From Octopus vulgaris (taxonomy: Eukaryota), in the NCBI GenBank assembly GCA_951406725.2, contig OX597840.1, forward strand, positions 17,980,001 through 18,044,000: a stretch of 64,000 nt of DNA, written 5' to 3'. The notes below the pieces were generated by a model. The model saw only the letters and a program-made list of their open reading frames with translations. It was not told the DNA's origin and did not search any database. A program made the position numbers and the translations under genes. Of the stretch, positions 57,773 to 64,000 are shown piece by piece (the first letter of the stretch is position 1; each line of letters begins with the position of its first letter).

Positions 57773-58082
57773 GTTGTTTTGTTTGTTCTTTCTCGAGCCA
57801 CGCTTGGCTCATAGGGGTCGGTTTTCCCGATTTCCTTGGCATAGAGGTTCCCCACCTGGACGGGACGCTGGTCCATCGCAGGTGAGCAGCAAGATGCAGG
57901 AGGAAAGAGTGAGAGAAAGTTGTGGTGAAAGAGTCAGCAGAAGTTCGCCATTACCTTCTGCCGGAGCTGCGTGGAGCTTAGATGTTTCGCTCATAAACAC
58001 ACACATCGCCAGTCTGAGATTCGAATCCGCCATCCCTCGACCGCGAGTCCGCTGCTCTAACCACTAGGCCATGTGCCTCCAC
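57773..58082 (-). mobile_element. SINE family C with TSD
   Basis: Reverse complement of 46768-47070 type; 'gagataatattt' duplicated at 57761-57772 and 58083-58094. Confidence 0.85.
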
Positions 58083-58084
58083 GA

Positions 58085-58790
58085 GATAATATTTACCCCC
58101 ACTTAAAATGGATGCGTTGTTAGAACCATAAGAGAACTCTCATATTACCTTTTGTTGCAAAATGCCCTTTTGTTTGTGGCGAGATAAATTCCCGCCATCT
58201 CCAGCGCTGAGACCACCAGATCACGTGATTTCTTCCTTTCTTCATCTTGTCAATGATGGACACTTTACCACATGAGATAACAGTGACTCATATCCCCACC
58301 AGTGATGAATAGAATAACAGTGTCAGGACAGGTGCTGGTGTCACGATTAGCCATTTAGCTTGTTAAAAAATATATATTAGCAACAGAGGCAGATGTAATA
58401 TTTATCCCTCGTTAAACGTGGATGTTCTATTAGAACAAACCATACTGCAGCAGTTACCACGAGAGAACTCTCATGTTGGCTTTTGGTGCAAAATACACTC
58501 TTGTTTATATCACTAGTGGGGGATGGGGGTGAATTCTCACTACCTCCAATGCCAGAACAACCAGATCTAATGATTTTGACCTTCCTTGGTCAAAATCTGA
58601 CAATGCTAGAACAGATACTGGTGTCATGATTAACCAGTGAGCTTGTTAAAGAATATATATTAGCGACAGAGACAGTATTAATACCGCAAAATAATATTTA
58701 TCCTCAATTAAACATGGATATTGTGTTAAAACAAACTATACTGTGGTTGATACCATGAGAGAAACTCCCAGGCCTTTGGTGCAAAATGCT
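58085..58790. repeat. Diverged ~300-bp tandem repeat (~2.3 units)
   Basis: 'taatattta.cc...ttaaa..tggat...gtt.ttagaac' recurs near 58087, 58397, 58692. Confidence 0.7.
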
Positions 58791-58795
58791 AGCAT

Positions 58796-59195
58796 AGGCG
58801 CAGGAGTTGCTGTGTGGTAAGTAGCTTGCTTACCAACCACATGATTTCGGGTTCAGTCCCACTGCATGGCATCTTGGGCAAGTGTCTTCTACTAAAGCCT
58901 CGGGCCGACCAAAGCCTTGTGAGTGGATTTGGTAGACGGAAACTGAAAGAAGCCCGTCGTATATATGTATATATGTGTGTTTGTGTGTCTGTGTTTGTCC
59001 CCCTAGCATTGCTTGACAACCGATGCTGGTGTGTTTATGTCCCGTTATTTAGCAGTTCGGCAAAAGAGACCGATAGAATAAGTACTGGGCTTACAAAAGA
59101 AAAAGTCCCAGGGTCGAGTTGCTCGATCAAAGGCGGTGCTCCAGCACAGCCACAGTCAAATGACTGAAACAAGTAAAAGAGAGTAAAAAGAGTAA
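58796..59195 (+). mobile_element. SINE family B, full length, short internal microsatellite
   Basis: Complete head-to-tail match to other copies. Confidence 0.85.
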
Positions 59196-59819
59196 GGAGA
59201 TAAATCCCTGCCATGTCCCGTGTCAAGACCACTAGATCATGGGGTTTCAACATACCCTGAACTTATCAGTGATTGACACTTGACTGCTAGAGATAGTAGT
59301 GGTCCAACTCCCTGGCAGTGAAAGCAGCAGAAATGATGTTTGTGCTGGAGATTGATACCGTATTACAATTTTAATTAGATCTTGCCTCTTATGCATGATT
59401 GACTGACCGTGTGATGAGAGCCTGGTTCAATTGATAAAGCATTCGACAAAATACCTTGTGATATTTTGTGACATTCCTATGCGTTCTGGGTTCAAGATCC
59501 ATCAAGGTCACTAATGACAACAGTGAGTATATAATTGTTATGATAGCAGTATGTATATGCATGTGATGACTGTAATGTGTAGATGTGTGTGTATACACAC
59601 ACACACACACACACAGAGTAATGCCTTGACTATCACGGGTGTTACATTCCAAAATCCCCTGCAACAAGTGAAAATCTATGAAGAAGAAACCATACTGTAT
59701 ATTTTTAAAATTATTTTTATAATTTGTATATATTTATTTTATTATAAATGCAAAACAACATCACGAAGGAATTGACATAAGCTTAAATAATAAACCGCAA
59801 TATGGTGAGGGATTGCTGA

Positions 59820-60735
59820 GACCCCCTTCGGTCATGACTGACCATGGGATTGCACCAGGAAAGTTACCCTCCCAGGCACAAATCCAGGCAAGAATGTTTA
59901 TGGAAGACCAGCATTCACCCATGCATACTGGCTTCCCCTCTCCACGCCACCGATGTTATCGAAGAGAAAGGCAGAGGGGCCGATACAGTTTGGCACCAGT
60001 AATGTCACAACTCATTTCTACAGCTGAGTGGACTGGAGCAACATAAAATAAAGTGTCTTGCTCAAAAACAAGAACATGCCGCCCAATCCAGGATTTGAAC
60101 TCACAACCTCATGATCGTAAGCTCGACGATCTAACCACTGAGCCATGCAACTTCACTAGGGTGAGGGATTACTGTATATATATATTTATGGATGGACAGA
60201 TGAATGGACGGATGGAAGGATGGACGGACGGACGGACGGATGGATTAGGAACAGGAATGCATCACCCAAGCGAAATGTATTTATTTATTGGACATGGATA
60301 TATTAATGAAAACCAGCACAATAAAGATGACATCTACAGAACACAGATAAGGAGTATGGGTGTATGTGTATGTGTGTGTGTGTGTGTTTGTGTTGAATAT
60401 GATGGCACATGGCTCAGTGGTTAGAGCAACGAGCTCACTATTATGAGGTAGTGAATTCGATTCCTGGACTGGGCTGTGTGTTGTGTCCTTGAGCAAGACA
60501 CTTTATTTCACTTTGTTCCCATTCACTCATCTTTAGAAATGAGTTGCGACATCACAGGTGCCAAGCTGTATCGGCCCCTTTGCCTTTGCCTTGGATAAAA
60601 TCATTGTTGAGGAGGGGGGAGGCTGGTATGCATGGGTGACTCCTGGTCTTCCATAAGACAACCTTGCATGGACTTGTGCCTCAGAAGGGAACTTTCCAGG
60701 TTCAATCCCATGCTCATTCATGACCGAAGGAGGTT
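59820..60735. mobile_element. Two divergent head-to-head copies of SINE family D (CORE-like)
   Basis: ~59820-60150 (-) and ~60403-60735 (+); tRNA-like head, 'tgtgtccttgagcaagacacttt' core, tail 'caatcccatg..ca.tcatgaccgaagg'. Confidence 0.7.
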
Positions 60736-61813
60736 CGTTTTTACTTTTTGTGTATGTATATTCTTAGTTTCTTTTTAATTTTAAAGTAAATTTTGACCGG
60801 CAACTCACTTGGGTAGCGAAGGAAGGCATTTTGTTTTTAACCGTCATCCTTAAGGTCCTGCAGATTTTTATAGTCCCAGATATTGTGATCATTTGTAGTG
60901 TGTGTGTATGTGCACGCACATTGACAAGAGTGTGTATACATCTGGTAACAAAAGTATGCATATCCATGCAATGACAACAGTATATATGCAATGGCCATAG
61001 TGTATATACATGTAATAAGAGAATTCTATACATCTACGTAACAACAGTGGTTAGGGCAGCGGACTCGTGGTTTCGATTCCCAGACCGGGCATTGTAAGTG
61101 TTTATTCAGTGAAAACACCCAAAGCTCCACGAGGCTCCGGCAGGGGGTGGTGGTGGCGATCCCTGCTGTACTCTTTCACCACAACTTTCTCTCGCTCTTT
61201 CTTCTGTTGGCCTGCTCTCTTAGCCAGCAGGGTGGCGTCATTTGAAGGCTAAAACAATGCGAAGCGCATTGTGACCAGCGATGTGTAACAACATCTGGTA
61301 GCCTGGACGGCCATGATGATCATGTTGATATATGTATGTATGTATGTGTGTATGTATGTATGTATGCCATGACCAAATTCAAACTATCTTTGATTAAATA
61401 TAAAAATAAACAAGTGACAATGGAATTGAATCATAATTCTTTATTTCAGAATAAATATAGGAACTTCCATAGGAAATAGTTTTTATCTTTCATCTCAGAT
61501 TTCTGGATTTTCTGATTTTTAACCACTCGTGGTGGATGTCAAGAACTCAAGGAAATTTAAGGCACCTTCATAGACACAGATACATAGATATACATATATA
61601 CATATATATTCGGGATTATATGTTTGTGTGTATATATATATATATACATGCATATACATACATATATATATATATTTATATATACATGCATATACATACA
61701 TATATACACATACATACATACACATATATATATATACATGTATATACATACATATATACACATATGTACATATACACATATATACACATAAATATATACA
61801 CATATGTAAATAT

Positions 61814-61872
<59 letters not shown>

Positions 61873-62464
61873 TAATCCAAACAAGAAAACACAAAAAAAC
61901 ACTACAACGCGAGGACGTGGAACAAATATAGTATTATTGGACGCTCAGGAAAGAAGGAAAGAAGGAGAGTTAAACGTTTCGAGCAGAGCTCTTCGTCGGA
62001 AACATAGGAGAAGGAAAGATCCAGAGAAGGGAAGACAGAGGAAAAAATCGCCAACGGTACACACGAGGTCACATTTTGAAAGCAAAATGTATATGTATAT
62101 ACACACATACACACACATACACATAAATATATTCACTTCCAAAGTAAACTTTGTTTACTTTCATCGTAAGTTCAATTTAACGTTAGTGTCTTATAAAGCT
62201 AGATTAATAAATCCTAAAAGCGTAGAACAATTCGTTACTGGGCAGTTTAGCTTCAAGGTAAAGCACTCGATGTGTAATCACAAGGATGTGAGTTCAAGTC
62301 TTAAGGCTGGCTGGGAACGAATTTTTCTGCAATATATAGATAGTTTATCCTGTTCATGCTACTGAATGAGGATAATCATGCATTTGAGAATAAATTATTT
62401 CAGTATCTTTCAATACACGTATGTATATACATCTATATATACATATCTACATATATATAAATAT

Positions 62465-62474
62465 ATATATACAG

Positions 62475-62521
<47 letters not shown>

Positions 62522-62775
62522 CAGATATATATATACAGATATATATACAGATATATGTACATATATATATACAGATATATGTACATATATATATACAGAT
62601 ATATGTACATATATATATATATACACAGATATATGTACATATATATATATATACAGATATATGTACATATATATATACAGATATATGTACATATATATAT
62701 AAACAGATATATAAACAGATATATGTACATATATATATAAACAGATATATGTACATATATATATAAACAGATATA

Positions 62776-62822
<47 letters not shown>

Positions 62823-63085
62823 TATATGTACATATATATATACAGATATATGTACATATATATATACAGATATATGTACATATATATATACTTATATATA
62901 TACATATATATGTACATATATATGTACATATATATGTACATATATATGTACATATATATATACATATATATGTACATATATATATACATATATATGTACA
63001 TATATATATACATATATATGTACATATATATATACATATATATGTACATATATATATACATATATATGTACATATATATATATAC
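62465..63085. repeat. (TA)-derived minisatellite
   Basis: ~24-26-bp units 'catatatatatacagatatatgta' grading into 12/24-bp 'catatatatgta' units. Confidence 0.9.
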
Positions 63086-63125
63086 ACACACACACACACA
63101 TATATATATACAAAGACAAACAAAC

Positions 63126-63176
<51 letters not shown>

Positions 63177-63733
63177 CAGTGGCACTCCATTGGTTATAAA
63201 GACGAGGCTTCCAATTAATCCAATCAACACAGCAGTCTTCTCAGGAAATTTTCATGCAACTGGCTGAGTACTCCACAGACACGTGTACCCCTTCACAAAA
63301 TTCTCGAGTAGATTCAGTGTGGCACAGAAGGCAACAAGGTGGCCCTTTGAAACACATGTCTTACTCATTGTTACCAGCTGAGTGGAATAAAGTGTCTTGC
63401 TTAAGGACACAATCCCCCACCAATAATTGAACTTATGACCTTACGATCATGAATTGAACATCTAAACCACATGAATTCATACACAAACGCACACACACAC
63501 ACAAATATATATATATATATGAATGTGTGTGTGTGTGGTTGTATTTGTTCCTCCATCAATGCTTGGCAACTGGTATAGGTTTGAATCAGTACCATGTTCA
63601 ATTTGTTCTATCAAACCCTTCAAGGCAGTGCTCCAACATGGCCACAGTCCAATGACTGAAATAAGTTAAAGATAAAAGATTAAACATAAGAGGTCTCTTC
63701 CCATCCAAAAGTAAATTTTAGGGAAGGAAAAAC

Positions 63734-63781
<48 letters not shown>

Positions 63782-64000
63782 GTGAGAGGAGTAAAGGCAA
63801 GTAAATATAAGGAATATGAAGAAAGGGACACTGAAGAAGGTTGAAGTGGAATGGTTGATGCAACAGTATCTTTAGGGAATAGGAACTTCAAGGAATGGTC
63901 AGAATGTAGAAAAACTCTAAAGCAGTAGTTTTCTACCATGGTCCTTATAGCCCTTAGGGGACCACATGGTTCTTTGGAGCCCATATGGTACTTGGGGGTC

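Overview
AT-rich, microsatellite-saturated animal DNA. The SINE repertoire and (TA)n/(TATG)n density suggest an octopus genome; this is inferred, not database-verified. Only one credible host exon is present: a terminal exon (435-1344) encoding a Ser-rich, tyrosine-motif cytoplasmic tail, followed by a likely 3' UTR. The other ~60 kb is a repeat landscape: four tRNA-derived SINE families, decayed LINEs (CR1/L2, RTE, R4-like), DNA transposons (pogo, rosa/DD41D-like, Tc1, mariner, Chapaev3-like, a MULE MITE), non-autonomous Helitron-like elements and three Penelope-like (PLE) RT/GIY-YIG remnants. The most interesting signal is invisible to the ORF track: at least seven distinct minimal type-I hammerhead ribozyme motifs, several in mirrored pairs inside fold-back non-coding elements sitting in (TA)n tracts. 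Between families the conserved N3-N8 core pair co-varies (C-G, U-A, A-U). One sits in a ~363-nt retrozyme-like tandem/inverted insert with a 12-bp TSD. Almost all other ORFs in the track are microsatellite translation artefacts. All folds were read by eye and coordinates of decayed elements are approximate.
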